Shown: in pieces, positions 63,919-64,000 of the stretch
Position numbering within the stretch: the first letter of the stretch is position 1
Layout: each line of letters begins with the position of its first letter
NCBI GenBank assembly: GCA_963716565.1
Contig: OY970318.1
Coordinates: 516,284 to 580,283 of the forward strand
Length of the DNA stretch: 64,000 nt
DNA from: an uncultured Candidatus Saccharibacteria bacterium
GTDB taxonomy: Bacteria > Patescibacteriota > Saccharimonadia > Saccharimonadales > CAIOMD01
Direction of reading: 5' to 3'
Program-made: the position numbers and the translations under genes
The notes under the pieces: generated by a model
Database searches by the model: none
Told to the model about the DNA's origin: nothing
What the model saw: the letters and a program-made list of their open reading frames with translations, nothing else

Positions 63919-64000
63919 ATGAAAAAACGAATAATGCTAAAAGTGTCTGGCGAACAGCTAGGCAGCGATAATAAAATTTTTGATTACGACAGAGCAGGGC
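63919..64000 (+). CDS. pyrH: UMP kinase, N-terminal fragment (continues off window)
   Basis: MKKRIMLKVSGEQLGSDNKIFDYDRAG matches the (R/K)hhLK(L/V)SGE N-terminus of PyrH. Confidence 0.5.
   Translation, partial: MKKRIMLKVSGEQLGSDNKIFDYDRAG

Overview
This is a gene-dense 64-kb window, mostly transcribed on the minus strand, from a low-GC bacterium (about 40% G+C by hand counts of sample lines) with a small-genome style. It carries a type IV pilus operon without a secretin, an LPXTG surface protein, Lys-rich extensions on ribosomal proteins, many orphan single-TM proteins, and cupin- and SIS-type sugar isomerases. This fits a monoderm CPR/Patescibacteria organism, Saccharibacteria-like (inference only). 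The genetic code is standard 11, and TGA is used as a stop. Recognisable genes are pilM(split)-pilN-pilO-x-pilB-pilT-pilC, ychF, tlyA, efp, rpsR-ssb-rpsF, ftsK, RNase J, family-4 UDG, pnp, rpsO, truB, rpsT, holA, fpg, dut, Nudix, polA, rpoD, dnaG, orn, argS, tRNA-Ser(GGA), a MacB-type ABC pair, groES-groEL with a CIRCE operator, a phosphohexomutase, murE, tsaD, valS and partial pyrH. Three things stand out. (1) A GC-rich island of about 2.8 kb (about 53.8-56.6 kb) holds four plus-strand orphan ORFs. Each sits in its own promoter/SD/GTG-start/hairpin cassette, and the regulatory shells are conserved in pairs. (2) Families of 7-nt-periodic tandem and inverted repeat elements (TAGACGN; AGTTGGCAAG/TAGCGAG; CAGTWWA) sit exactly on stop codons and form intergenic hairpins, and one is embedded in frame in tlyA. 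(3) Several genes have individual oddities: a split pilM, a polA with no canonical start codon, a dnaG lacking all four zinc ligands, a UDG with an insert of about 50 aa, a tandem HNH protein and an XRE-HAD fusion. I saw no rRNA, CRISPR array, transposase or integrase.
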